Source: Bacteroidota bacterium
GTDB lineage: Bacteria; Bacteroidota; Bacteroidia; AKYH767-A; OLB10
Assembly (NCBI GenBank): GCA_046049215.1
Contig: JBJOER010000006.1
Coordinates: 1-37,665 of the forward strand
Reading direction: 5' to 3'
DNA length: 37,665 bases
Below, piece after piece: positions 28,766 to 37,665 of the stretch. Under the pieces are notes generated by a model. It was given only the letters and a program-made list of their open reading frames with translations. It did no database searches and had not been told where the DNA came from. Position 1 is the first letter of the stretch. Each line of letters starts with the position of its first letter. A program made the position numbers and the translations under genes.

Positions 28766-30079
28766 ATGAAATACCAACCCATCGACTCCAGCCTTTTCAT
28801 CGACAACCGTGCGAAGTTCACCGCTTCGATGAAACCCTCCTCCATTGCGTTTTTTCATTCGAATGACGAAATGCCCCGTAACGGAGATGCCAATTTTCTG
28901 TTCCGGCAGAACTCAGACATCTTCTACCTGACGGGTATCGACCAGGAGAAGACAGTTCTTGTGCTTTTTCCCGATGCGCCCTTGCCCAGATACCGTGAGA
29001 TCCTGTTCGTGCGGAAGACCAATGAGCACATCGCTGTGTGGGAGGGTCATAAATACACGAAAGAAGAGGCGCGTGCCGCTTCGGGTATCCGCACCGTCCT
29101 GTGGCTGGATGATTACAACAGTGTAGTCCCCATGCTGCTGAATCACTGTGAAAATATCTACGTGAATATCAACGAAAATGATCGATTTGTATCGGACGTG
29201 CCTTACCGTGACCTCCGGTTCGCCCGTGAACTGCAGTCCGCATATCCCGGTCATCGTTTCGATCGTTCAGGTCCCATACTGGCTCGCCTGCGTGCGGTGA
29301 AGCACGATCTCGAGATCAAGCTGATGCAGCGTGCGGTCGATATTACGGAGAAGGCGTTTCGCCGGGTGCTCCGGTTCGTGAGACCCGGCGTGATGGAATA
29401 CGAGATTGAAGCGGAGATCACCCACGAGTTCATCCGCAAGCGGGCTAACGGTCACGCATATACACCAATCATTGCCAGCGGTCCAAGCGCCTGCATACTA
29501 CACTACAACGATAATAACCGTGAGTGCAAAGCCGGTGATGTGATCCTGCTTGATTTCGGAGCCGAATACGCCAATTATGCCGCCGACCTGACCCGCTGCG
29601 TTCCGGTGTCCGGTGAGTTCACCGAGCGGCAGCGCGATGTGTATAATGCGGTCCTTCGGGTGATGAAAGCTGCGACAGCCATGCTCCGCCCCGGAAACAC
29701 CATCGAGGCGTATCATGTGGAGGTCGGCAAGGTGATGGAGGAGCAACTGATCGGATTGGGCTTGTTGTCGTTGGACGATGTGAAGAAACAAAATCCGGAG
29801 GCTCCGCTTTACAAAAAGTACTTCATGCACGGCACCTCGCATTTCTTGGGTCTCGATGTGCACGATATCGGCGACCGTTATCAGCCCATGCAGGCCGGTA
29901 TGGTGTTCACCTGCGAACCGGGCATCTATATTCCGGAGGAAGGTCTCGGTATTCGTCTCGAGAACGATATTCTCGTGACGTCGAAAGATCCGGTAGATCT
30001 GATGGCATCCATTCCCCTGGAGATTGAGGATGTGGAGGAGATCATGCGCGAGGCTGCCGCCACCAGGCAACATGCCTAA
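28766..30079 (+). CDS. pepP: Xaa-Pro aminopeptidase (M24B)
   Basis: FRQNSDIFYLTG, LHY, LLDFGAEYANYAADLTR, HGTSHFLGLDVHD, TCEPGIY, GIRLENDI. TAATTTCG upstream (28719-28726). Confidence 0.93.
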   Translation: MKYQPIDSSLFIDNRAKFTASMKPSSIAFFHSNDEMPRNGDANFLFRQNSDIFYLTGIDQEKTVLVLFPDAPLPRYREILFVRKTNEHIAVWEGHKYTKEEARAASGIRTVLWLDDYNSVVPMLLNHCENIYVNINENDRFVSDVPYRDLRFARELQSAYPGHRFDRSGPILARLRAVKHDLEIKLMQRAVDITEKAFRRVLRFVRPGVMEYEIEAEITHEFIRKRANGHAYTPIIASGPSACILHYNDNNRECKAGDVILLDFGAEYANYAADLTRCVPVSGEFTERQRDVYNAVLRVMKAATAMLRPGNTIEAYHVEVGKVMEEQLIGLGLLSLDDVKKQNPEAPLYKKYFMHGTSHFLGLDVHDIGDRYQPMQAGMVFTCEPGIYIPEEGLGIRLENDILVTSKDPVDLMASIPLEIEDVEEIMREAAATRQHA

Positions 30080-30091
30080 AGGTGTGTCTCT

Positions 30092-30114
30092 TCAACACAC
30101 TTCACCGGTGTTGA
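30092..30114. terminator. Hairpin between the convergent pepP and radical SAM genes
   Basis: TCAACAC-N9-GTGTTGA with no clear U-tract. Confidence 0.3.
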
Positions 30115-30152
30115 GTCTGCCGGATATCGTGTAGATAAGGATGTCTGATGAA

Positions 30153-31175
30153 TCAACCCCAAACCCGGGTGCCTTCCGTGCAGTTCCTGCACATCTCTAC
30201 TTCACTGCGCGATCGTAATACGGTTCGCCTGAATCCGTTATAGGCCGGACTTCTCCAGACCTCTTCAAAGTCGTGTTCCTTTAAACTGCCCATGGGGTGC
30301 TCGGCGTCTTTGTCGAAACAACAGGGTACGACCGTTCCATCCCAGGTGATGACACAACTGTGCCACAACTTCCAGCAATGGTTCAGTAATTTGTTTTTGA
30401 TCTGCCATTTGCCGTCAGCCCCCTTTCGGTACCTGCTGTATCGGTCGTGATCCGGTATTAAATCACTCCCGTTTTCATAATCATAAATCTGAGCTGTTTT
30501 GAAAGCGACCTCGTCCACTCCGGTTTCTTTCATCAATCGTTTCACTTCTTCCATCTGGTGCTCATTCGGCTTCACCACCAGGAACTGGAAAATGACATGC
30601 GGTGTTGGGGAGTTCAGCTCGCGTTTCCAGCGGACGATGTTTTTCGCTCCTTCCAGAACTTTTTCCAGTTTGCCACCGATACGGTATTGCTCGTAAACCT
30701 CCTGAGTGGTCCCGTCTATGGAAATGATCAGACGATCGAGACCGGATTCCACTGTTTTCCGAGCCTGTTCATCTGAAAGGTAATGGGCGTTGGTGGAGGT
30801 GGCGGTATAAATTCCTTTTGAAGAAGCGTAACGGACCAGTTCAGTGAACGAGGGGTGCAGATACGGTTCACCTTGGAAATAAAAGATCAGGTACCACAGT
30901 TTTTCCGATAATTCGTCAATCCATTTGCGGTAGGAATGGTCTTGAAGCATACCGATCGGTCGGGTGAATGACCTTAGTCCACTCGGGCATTCCGGACAAC
31001 GCAGGTTGCAGGACGTGGTTGGTTCGATGGAAACCGCAATGGGTTGGCCCCAATGAATCATCCGTCCGCTCATTCGGGAGAGCTGGTAGCTGGAAAACAC
31101 CGAAATTGCATTCCAGATCCGCCCGGGCGTGGCTTTAGAAAGCATATTCAGTATGTCGGCCGGTTTCCGATTCAT
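30153..31175 (-). CDS. Radical SAM protein with SPASM/Twitch domain
   Basis: CNLRCPEC, QGEP, ISIDG, C-terminal CWKLW..ITWDGTVVPCCFD..CRNC. TACTTTTA lies 5 nt upstream of the ATG. Confidence 0.92.
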   Translation of the reverse strand: MNRKPADILNMLSKATPGRIWNAISVFSSYQLSRMSGRMIHWGQPIAVSIEPTTSCNLRCPECPSGLRSFTRPIGMLQDHSYRKWIDELSEKLWYLIFYFQGEPYLHPSFTELVRYASSKGIYTATSTNAHYLSDEQARKTVESGLDRLIISIDGTTQEVYEQYRIGGKLEKVLEGAKNIVRWKRELNSPTPHVIFQFLVVKPNEHQMEEVKRLMKETGVDEVAFKTAQIYDYENGSDLIPDHDRYSRYRKGADGKWQIKNKLLNHCWKLWHSCVITWDGTVVPCCFDKDAEHPMGSLKEHDFEEVWRSPAYNGFRRTVLRSRSEVEMCRNCTEGTRVWG

Positions 31176-31310
31176 TGTCGTAAAAGTAAATCAAACCAAC
31201 CATCGATTTTCATTGCCGTTTGCAGATTGAGGCTAGTCGCTTTTGATTAATTTTACCTACCCGATATTTCTGCATGGTGTTCCATGCCCGGAATTTCAAT
31301 CGAAACGACA

Positions 31311-32180
31311 ATGAGAGGGATTATTCTTGCCGGTGGATCCGGCACCCGTTTACACCCGCTGACTATTGCGGTGAGCAAACAACTTATGCCGGTGTACGAT
31401 AAGCCGATGATTTATTATCCCCTGAGCGTGCTGATGATGGCAGGGATACGGGAAATCCTGATCATCACCACGCCACATGACCAGGAGGTGTTTCAACGTC
31501 TGCTCGGCGACGGGAAATCAATCGGTTGCTCATTCAGCTATGCAGTGCAGGAAGTGCCTAACGGTCTCGCACAGGCGTTTGTGATCGGGAAATCGTTCAT
31601 CGGTAGCGATAAGGTCGCTTTGATACTTGGTGACAATATTTTTTACGGTACAGGTCTGCAGCAACTGATGCAGGACAATAGCGATCCCGATGGGGGAGTG
31701 GTTTTTGCCTACCACGTATCCGACCCCGAGCGCTATGGTGTGGTCGAATTCGACAAAAAAAACAATGCCATCAGCATCGAGGAAAAGCCGGAGCGGCCCA
31801 AATCGAACTATGCCGTTCCCGGATTGTATTTTTATGACAACGATGTCGTCCGGATTGCCGAAAGCCTGCTTCCCAGCCCTCGCGGTGAATACGAGATCAC
31901 GGATGTGAACAAGGCTTATCTTTCCTCCGGCCGACTGAAAGTAGGTATCCTCGATAAAGGAACCGCCTGGCTGGATACCGGCACCTTTGCCTCTTTGATG
32001 CAGGCTGCTCAATTTGTTCAGGTGATCGAGGAGCGGCAGGGTTTGAAAATCGGCTGCATCGAAGAGGTCGCCTACCGAATGGGTTTCATCACTTCCTCTG
32101 AGCTTCGGCGTTTGGCGGATCCACTTATAAAGAGCGGATATGGCAAATATTTGTTATCCGTTGCAGCCGAAGCCGAGTGA
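31311..32180 (+). CDS. rfbA: Glucose-1-phosphate thymidylyltransferase
   Basis: [58 protein letters not shown]. Start moved to ATG 31311. Confidence 0.97.
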   Translation: MRGIILAGGSGTRLHPLTIAVSKQLMPVYDKPMIYYPLSVLMMAGIREILIITTPHDQEVFQRLLGDGKSIGCSFSYAVQEVPNGLAQAFVIGKSFIGSDKVALILGDNIFYGTGLQQLMQDNSDPDGGVVFAYHVSDPERYGVVEFDKKNNAISIEEKPERPKSNYAVPGLYFYDNDVVRIAESLLPSPRGEYEITDVNKAYLSSGRLKVGILDKGTAWLDTGTFASLMQAAQFVQVIEERQGLKIGCIEEVAYRMGFITSSELRRLADPLIKSGYGKYLLSVAAEAE

Positions 32181-32258
32181 TTCTACCGGTGTTTTCAATC
32201 TTGTTTTTCTTGCCACTGTAGACGGAGAAATGCAGCAATCCCCAATAGGGTTCACTTA

Positions 32259-32290
32259 CTTGTGGTTCTGAGGGATTTGGACTAATTTTG
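32259..32290 (+). promoter_or_regulatory. Promoter (-33/-7) for the epimerase-polyprenyl synthase pair
   Basis: CTTG (32259-32262), 20 nt, then an exact TAATTTTG (32283-32290). Confidence 0.55.
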
Positions 32291-32354
32291 TTAGAATTCA
32301 CCCCGTGGTGCGGCTAGTTTGATGCTTCTGCTACGGTATCGAGAAAAGATGAGG

Positions 32355-33296
32355 ATGCAGAAAAAAATTCTTGTAACAGGCGGTGCCGGTTTCATTGCCA
32401 GCAATCTTGCGGGGCAATTGGCGGAAAACCCTGAAAATGAAGTTGTCATCGTTGATAATCTTCAGACAGGCGATTTCTCGAAGATTCCGGTATCTATGCA
32501 TGACAACGTCCGGTTCATCAAATCCGACGTCAATAATTTCAATGATATTTCCACCATTTTCTGTTCTTTTTCTTTCGATTATGTCTTCCACTATGCCGCG
32601 ACGGTAGGAGTGAAGCGGACCCTTGCCAATCCGATCATGGTGCTCAACGACTTGAACGGAATCAAGAACGTGCTTGATTTGTCAAAGAATACAGGTGTGA
32701 AGAGGGTGTTTTTCTCTTCGAGTTCCGAAGTATACGGTGAGCCTGTTGAATTCCCTCAGAACGAATACACTACTCCGCTCAATTCCAGATTGCCATATGC
32801 CATCGTCAAGAATGTCGGAGAGGCTTACTTGAGAGCATATTATCAGGAATTTGGTCTGGAATACACGATTTTCAGGTTCTTCAATACCTACGGGCCCAAG
32901 CAGAGCACCGACTTTGTGATGTCGAAATTTCTTCAGGCTGCACTCCATGGAAAGGATATCACGATCTACGGAGATGGCAGTCAGACCAGGACTTTCTGTT
33001 ATATCGACGACAACATCGATGCCACACTGAATGCTTTTTACAACAACCAGGCGGTAAATGATGTGGCGAACATCGGAAGTGATTTCGAAATATCCATCCT
33101 CGACCTCGCTCATAAGATCATCGAGATCTCCGGTTCGCCCTCGAAAATTGTTTTTCTTCCGGCATTGAAGGAGGGGGATATGACCCGTCGTTGCCCCGAT
33201 ATCAACGTGATGAAAAGTCTGCTTCAACGTGAAATGACGCCGCTTGAGCAAGGTATACGTAATCTCATTGCCAATCGGCAATCAATTGCAGTTTGA
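32355..33296 (+). CDS. NAD-dependent nucleotide-sugar epimerase/dehydratase (extended SDR)
   Basis: ILVTGGAGFIAS, SSSEVYG, YxxxK (YAIVK), RFFNTYGP, GDGSQTRTFCYIDD. Start is ATG 32349 or 32355. Confidence 0.92.
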   Translation: MQKKILVTGGAGFIASNLAGQLAENPENEVVIVDNLQTGDFSKIPVSMHDNVRFIKSDVNNFNDISTIFCSFSFDYVFHYAATVGVKRTLANPIMVLNDLNGIKNVLDLSKNTGVKRVFFSSSSEVYGEPVEFPQNEYTTPLNSRLPYAIVKNVGEAYLRAYYQEFGLEYTIFRFFNTYGPKQSTDFVMSKFLQAALHGKDITIYGDGSQTRTFCYIDDNIDATLNAFYNNQAVNDVANIGSDFEISILDLAHKIIEISGSPSKIVFLPALKEGDMTRRCPDINVMKSLLQREMTPLEQGIRNLIANRQSIAV

Positions 33297-34285
33297 TGAC
33301 TAGTTCCGTCGAGCAGATCCTTCACTTAGTCGAAGAGGCGATTCATCGTCTGGAATTCCCGAATCAGCCCGCTAATCTCTACGAGCCTATTCGCTATACG
33401 CTGGGTTTGGGAGGAAAACGGATGAGACCTGTACTCGTTGTATTGGGCCATGAAATGTTCGGAGGCAATTCGGCGGATGCGATGCCGGCGGCAATGGCAG
33501 TTGAAGTGTTTCACAATTTCACGCTTTTGCACGATGACCTGATGGACAAGGCTCCTCTTCGCCGCGGGAAATCAACTGTTCATCACAAATGGAGTCCGGA
33601 GATCGCCATCCTTTCGGGAGATGCCATGTTCGTCAAATCCTGTCAGCTGATTTCTCAATGTCGGTCTGCTTATAAGGAGTCAGCTTTGCAAACCTTCCTT
33701 TCAACCGCCATGGAAGTGTGCGAGGGGCAGCAATACGACATGGATTTCGAACAGATGGATACGGTCACTGTTCCTCAATACCTGGATATGATCCGGCTCA
33801 AGACGGCTGTTCTTCTGGGTGCAAGCCTCTCCATCGGTGCAACACTTGCTGGGGCCGACGAAAGGGACGTCCAAAATCTCTATGACTTCGGTGTGAATCT
33901 CGGCACCGCTTTCCAGTTGCAGGACGATATTCTTGACGTGTTCGGTGATGAAGAGAAATTCGGGAAGCAGGTTGGCGGAGACATCCTGGCCAACAAGAAG
34001 ACGTTTTTACTGCTCAGGGCTTTCGAAAAAGCGAAAGATGAAGACCTGGAGAGTTTGCATTTCTGGATCCGTGGCAATACCTGGTCGGAGAAGCATACGG
34101 CTCAGGAAAAAGTCGCCGCTGTGAAATTGATTTACACCAACCTGGGAATCCGGCAAGAGGCGGAGCACAAGATGGACGAGTTGTATAGCATTGCCGAAGA
34201 CAAGCTTAATCAATTGCATTTGTCAGTCGGACAGACGACGGTTTTACGACAGTTGGCGAATCAACTGATGGAAAGGCAGCATTGA
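33296..34285 (+). CDS. Polyprenyl diphosphate synthase (IspA/GGPP synthase-like)
   Basis: GGKRMRP, FARM HDDLMD..LRRG, GQQYD, KT, SARM FQLQDDILD. TGATG overlap with the epimerase stop. Confidence 0.95.
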   Translation: MTSSVEQILHLVEEAIHRLEFPNQPANLYEPIRYTLGLGGKRMRPVLVVLGHEMFGGNSADAMPAAMAVEVFHNFTLLHDDLMDKAPLRRGKSTVHHKWSPEIAILSGDAMFVKSCQLISQCRSAYKESALQTFLSTAMEVCEGQQYDMDFEQMDTVTVPQYLDMIRLKTAVLLGASLSIGATLAGADERDVQNLYDFGVNLGTAFQLQDDILDVFGDEEKFGKQVGGDILANKKTFLLLRAFEKAKDEDLESLHFWIRGNTWSEKHTAQEKVAAVKLIYTNLGIRQEAEHKMDELYSIAEDKLNQLHLSVGQTTVLRQLANQLMERQH

Positions 34286-34306
34286 TTCGTGCTTCAAGCC
34301 CCTTGA

Positions 34307-35386
34307 TCAGGAAAGTTGTGCGCTACGCCCCAAATTCCGGAGGTGACGAACATGGGCGGCAATGGCATCCATCACAGTGGGATACTCGATGTAGCGAATG
34401 TTGAATTCAGCGCATGTTTCTCGTACCAATTTACTGATGGCAGGGTAATGGATATGGCTGATCCTGGGGAAAAGATGATGTTCCACCTGGAAATTCAACC
34501 CCCCCATGAACCAACTGACGATTTTGTTATGGGTGGCGAAATTAGCAGTGGTCTGAACCTGATGTAGCGCCCATTCCTGCTCGATTTTGTTGCTGCTACT
34601 GTCCGGTGTTGGGAATTCCGTGTCCTCTACTACGTGGGCAAGTTGGAATACGACCGCAATGACTAGTCCGGTGACGAAGAGGATAGTGGCATAACCGATG
34701 ACAGTGGCGATCACACCCTTGAAAAATATCGGGAGAATCAGAAACAGGGACAGATAGAGAAGTTTGGTCGCCCAGAATCCGATATGCTCGCTGAATTTCA
34801 TTTTGCGAATTGGTGTCGGACCGATCCGATGAGTGAAATACTTCTGGAAATCCATCCAGAAGATCCACATGAAGTAAGTTGCTCCATAAAGCAATACCCA
34901 GTACACATGCTGAAAGCGGTGGAACCAATAGTGCTTTTGGTGGGTATTGACACGCATGAACGGTTGGATATCGATGTCATCATCGATCCCGTCGATGTTG
35001 GTGAAGGAGTGATGGACATGATTGTGCTTCACCTTCCACATGAAGCTGGAGCCTCCCATCAGGTTGAGCGACCAGGACATGAGGGTGTTGACCGTCTTGT
35101 TCTGGGAATAGGAACCGTGGGCTCCGTCGTGCATGATGTTGAACCCGATGCTTGCGAAGTTCAAACCCATCAGAACACACAATACGATTGATAACCAAAT
35201 CGGTATCTGTACGAAAACCAGGAAGGTATAAAGGATGATGATGGATGCCAGCAGAATTCCTGACTTCAGGTAAAGTCGGATATTGCCTGTCGGCTTGATG
35301 TTGTGTTCCTTGAAGTAAGCCTCTGTGCGGGCTTTCAATGCATCGAAAAAAGGACTCGTTCTGTTGTTGAAGGTGACTTTAGCCAT
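34307..35386 (-). CDS. Membrane fatty acid (acyl-CoA/acyl-lipid) desaturase
   Basis: His boxes HDGAH, HNHVHH and QVEHHLFP. Start moved to ATG 35386, downstream of TACATTTG (35399-35406). Confidence 0.93.
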   Translation of the reverse strand: MAKVTFNNRTSPFFDALKARTEAYFKEHNIKPTGNIRLYLKSGILLASIIILYTFLVFVQIPIWLSIVLCVLMGLNFASIGFNIMHDGAHGSYSQNKTVNTLMSWSLNLMGGSSFMWKVKHNHVHHSFTNIDGIDDDIDIQPFMRVNTHQKHYWFHRFQHVYWVLLYGATYFMWIFWMDFQKYFTHRIGPTPIRKMKFSEHIGFWATKLLYLSLFLILPIFFKGVIATVIGYATILFVTGLVIAVVFQLAHVVEDTEFPTPDSSSNKIEQEWALHQVQTTANFATHNKIVSWFMGGLNFQVEHHLFPRISHIHYPAISKLVRETCAEFNIRYIEYPTVMDAIAAHVRHLRNLGRSAQLS

Positions 35387-35519
35387 ACTGAATTTGTACA
35401 AATGTAATCAGAACGGGTAAAAACCCGATTCCCATAGGAGATCAAATTGACATATTGTTCTGGTTGTCAGCAATTAGCATCTGACCCGATTCTCTCTGAT
35501 TTACCGGCATCTAGGGGAG

Positions 35520-37019
35520 TTAAAGACTGATTTTGACCAGAAAGAGCTTTTTTTTGTGCTGAGCCGGCCCTAAAAATAGGTTTTCGTCTACCTGTTTCCC
35601 GAACCGGGGCATGAGGGCGAATTGCTCACCTGATCCGGCAGAACGGATGTCCTGCATGGTGCCCTCCGGTCGGATTGATTTGAGAAAAAGTTCGCTGTAT
35701 CGTCCCGGATTTCTGCCGTAAACCAGTACCAGCTCGTCCGGTAGCAATAAGGTGTTAAAGGAGGAGAACAAGCCCTCGTCATCGAGCGACCGCTGCTCTT
35801 TTTCGATCACTTGGCTCCAGTCGGTCGTGCCATCCGGGTTGATGGAAAGGATGACAATGTTGTCGAAGTGGTATTCGATACGCCGGTTGTAGGTCTGGGT
35901 GAAATAATCATAGAACGCGGTTTCACTGATCGATATGGCTTCTGCGATCAGTAACAAACCACCGTCACTTCTAGCCCATAACCTTCGAATCGGGTATTCA
36001 TCTAAACCGATGCTCCCTCCGGAATTCCGTCGCCCAATGAGTTTCTTTTGCTCGTCAAGACTGATAAGCCCCCGAATAGTTTGAAGCTCTTTCAGTGTGT
36101 CAAGTGAAAGCTGTCCGCAAAGCAGACTTACTCCGGAATAGGAGGTGTTATCGCTGATGAATCCTGCAAGCAGAAGCCGGCTGTTTTTGCGGTCATGGAC
36201 AACCGCAGCCTCCTGCATGGATTGATTTTCCGTGTTGAATGAGAATGAGGAAATCGCATTTTTGGAAAGGTCAAAGACGTGTAAACTGAATGCGGAGGAT
36301 TCTTCACGTTTTCGTCCCGGAATACTAACCGGTCTGCTGGCCAGGCAATAAAACCGGGCCTCGTCAAGCAATCCCCAATCACCGATGGACGAGAATTCGC
36401 TGCTTCCCGATAGCGACCAATTCCTTTGCCAGATCGGGCGGAAGGTACTATCTGATGCACAGGCGTGGATCTGTATTCCCGATTCATCACGCTCTGCAAA
36501 GGCAATAACGAAGAGGTCATTCTCTGGTGATATGAGTGATTTGACACCGCCGAATGAACTGCCTTTCTTGTAGGGCTGGGAATAGGTGAGTTGTTCTCGC
36601 ACCGTTTGCTCACCGTTTGCATTGAACACCTGCATGAAAAATTGCATTTCTCCGGTTCCCTTGCTGCTTACACGGGTGATGCAGGCTACTTTGCCTTGAA
36701 ATACGAAACAGGCATCAACATCCCCACTTGCAGGAATCGGATTCTGGGGTTTCTTCCATTTGAGGCGCAGATCGGTTCCAAAGAAGCAAATTTCATTTTT
36801 ACGCAGGCGCAATCCTGTCCTTGTTCGTTCGTTGTCGATGGGAAGGTTGCTGAGAAGAACATAGTAGCCATCATCTCCATTCCCCAGCACCTTTGCGAAC
36901 TCCATGCCGTCTTTGTCCAGATTCTCGGGAGATAATAGAAATCCCTGGCCATTTGCAGTCGTCACAAACAGTGCGAGGAGTGCCGAGAAAACGTGGGCGA
37001 CAAATGAGGTTCTAAGCAT
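35520..37019 (-). CDS. Hypothetical exported beta-rich protein
   Basis: Signal peptide (TTANG/Q), 499 aa, overlapping the MBL gene stop by 8 nt. No catalytic motif recognised. Confidence 0.75.
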   Translation of the reverse strand: MLRTSFVAHVFSALLALFVTTANGQGFLLSPENLDKDGMEFAKVLGNGDDGYYVLLSNLPIDNERTRTGLRLRKNEICFFGTDLRLKWKKPQNPIPASGDVDACFVFQGKVACITRVSSKGTGEMQFFMQVFNANGEQTVREQLTYSQPYKKGSSFGGVKSLISPENDLFVIAFAERDESGIQIHACASDSTFRPIWQRNWSLSGSSEFSSIGDWGLLDEARFYCLASRPVSIPGRKREESSAFSLHVFDLSKNAISSFSFNTENQSMQEAAVVHDRKNSRLLLAGFISDNTSYSGVSLLCGQLSLDTLKELQTIRGLISLDEQKKLIGRRNSGGSIGLDEYPIRRLWARSDGGLLLIAEAISISETAFYDYFTQTYNRRIEYHFDNIVILSINPDGTTDWSQVIEKEQRSLDDEGLFSSFNTLLLPDELVLVYGRNPGRYSELFLKSIRPEGTMQDIRSAGSGEQFALMPRFGKQVDENLFLGPAQHKKKLFLVKISL

Positions 37020-37665
37020 GCGGTTCGTTCAGACCGACAAACGGGTTGTGTTTCTTTTCATGGCCGATGGTCGTATGGTCGCCATGGCCGGGGTGGACAA
37101 CTGTTGCATCCGGCAGTTTGAAAAGTCCATCGCGGATGCTCGCGATCAGTGTGTCGAAATCTCCTCCGGGGAGGTCGGTTCTACCGATACTGTGTCTGAA
37201 GATGACATCTCCACCGATGAGCAATTCGCTTCCGGCATGGTAGAAACAGACGCTTCCCGGGCTATGTCCCGGAGCGAAAAGAATTTCGAGCGTGGTTTCA
37301 CCGAAGGAGAGCGGGTGACCGGGTGTAAGGAACGCAATGGCTTCGGGTGAAGGCTCGACCTGTATACCGAAAGCTACTCCCACCTGTGGAGCGGAAGAAA
37401 GGATCGCCGACTCCAAATGATGGATCTCGGGGTTCAATGCATAGGTTCGCGCAACAAATGCGTTCCCCAGGACGTGGTCGATGTGGCAATGGGTGTTGAG
37501 CAGACGTACAGGCTCAAGTTTGTTTTCGGCGATGTAGTGTTTTAGCTGGTGCTGTTCAGCCGAGGTGTGGCAACCGGGATCGATGATTACGCAGGCACCG
37601 GAATCGTCTGAAAGGACATAGGTGTTCTCCTGAAAGGGATTGAATGTGAATCGGTGTAGGCGCAT
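37012..37665 (-). CDS. MBL-fold metallo-hydrolase (glyoxalase II-like)
   Basis: THCHIDH, PGHSPG, GDVIF..SIGRTD, PGHG. The ATG lies exactly at the window edge. Confidence 0.93.
   Translation of the reverse strand: MRLHRFTFNPFQENTYVLSDDSGACVIIDPGCHTSAEQHQLKHYIAENKLEPVRLLNTHCHIDHVLGNAFVARTYALNPEIHHLESAILSSAPQVGVAFGIQVEPSPEAIAFLTPGHPLSFGETTLEILFAPGHSPGSVCFYHAGSELLIGGDVIFRHSIGRTDLPGGDFDTLIASIRDGLFKLPDATVVHPGHGDHTTIGHEKKHNPFVGLNEPHA

Noticed and set aside
35414-35492. CGGGT-AAAA-ACCCG hairpin and a repeated ACCCGATTC upstream of the desaturase
   Set aside because: Too short to distinguish from chance without comparative data.

Overview
Compact, mostly housekeeping region from a Bacteroidota genome. 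The assignment rests on type IX secretion C-terminal sorting tails, TAnnTTTG-type -7 promoter boxes, a three-gene sdhCAB operon and a long SecA. Gene order: tail of a T9SS cargo gene, comM/YifB ATPase, ORF6N (KilA-N-like) gene, secA, a helical hypothetical, MFS transporter, NtrC-type regulator plus multi-PAS hybrid kinase, GT4, thioesterase, an operon of dCMP deaminase, S41 protease and a membrane protein, three poorly characterised genes, gcvP, acpH, a small Kazal-like T9SS protein, sdhCAB, pepP, radical SAM/SPASM, rfbA, epimerase, polyprenyl synthase, fatty acid desaturase, a hypothetical and an MBL hydrolase. No rRNA, tRNA, CRISPR array, integrase or transposase was seen. The most unusual structure is at 1911-2785. 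Two identical 33-bp repeats, each a near-perfect palindrome (TTTGGAGGACGCAA-T-TTGCGTCCTCCAAA), sit just upstream of the ORF6N gene. The palindrome translates to WRTQFASSK, the peptide I recall ORF6N homologues carrying internally, while this gene has a diverged segment (WRRGNVDSP) at that position. Family assignments come from motif recognition, not database searches.
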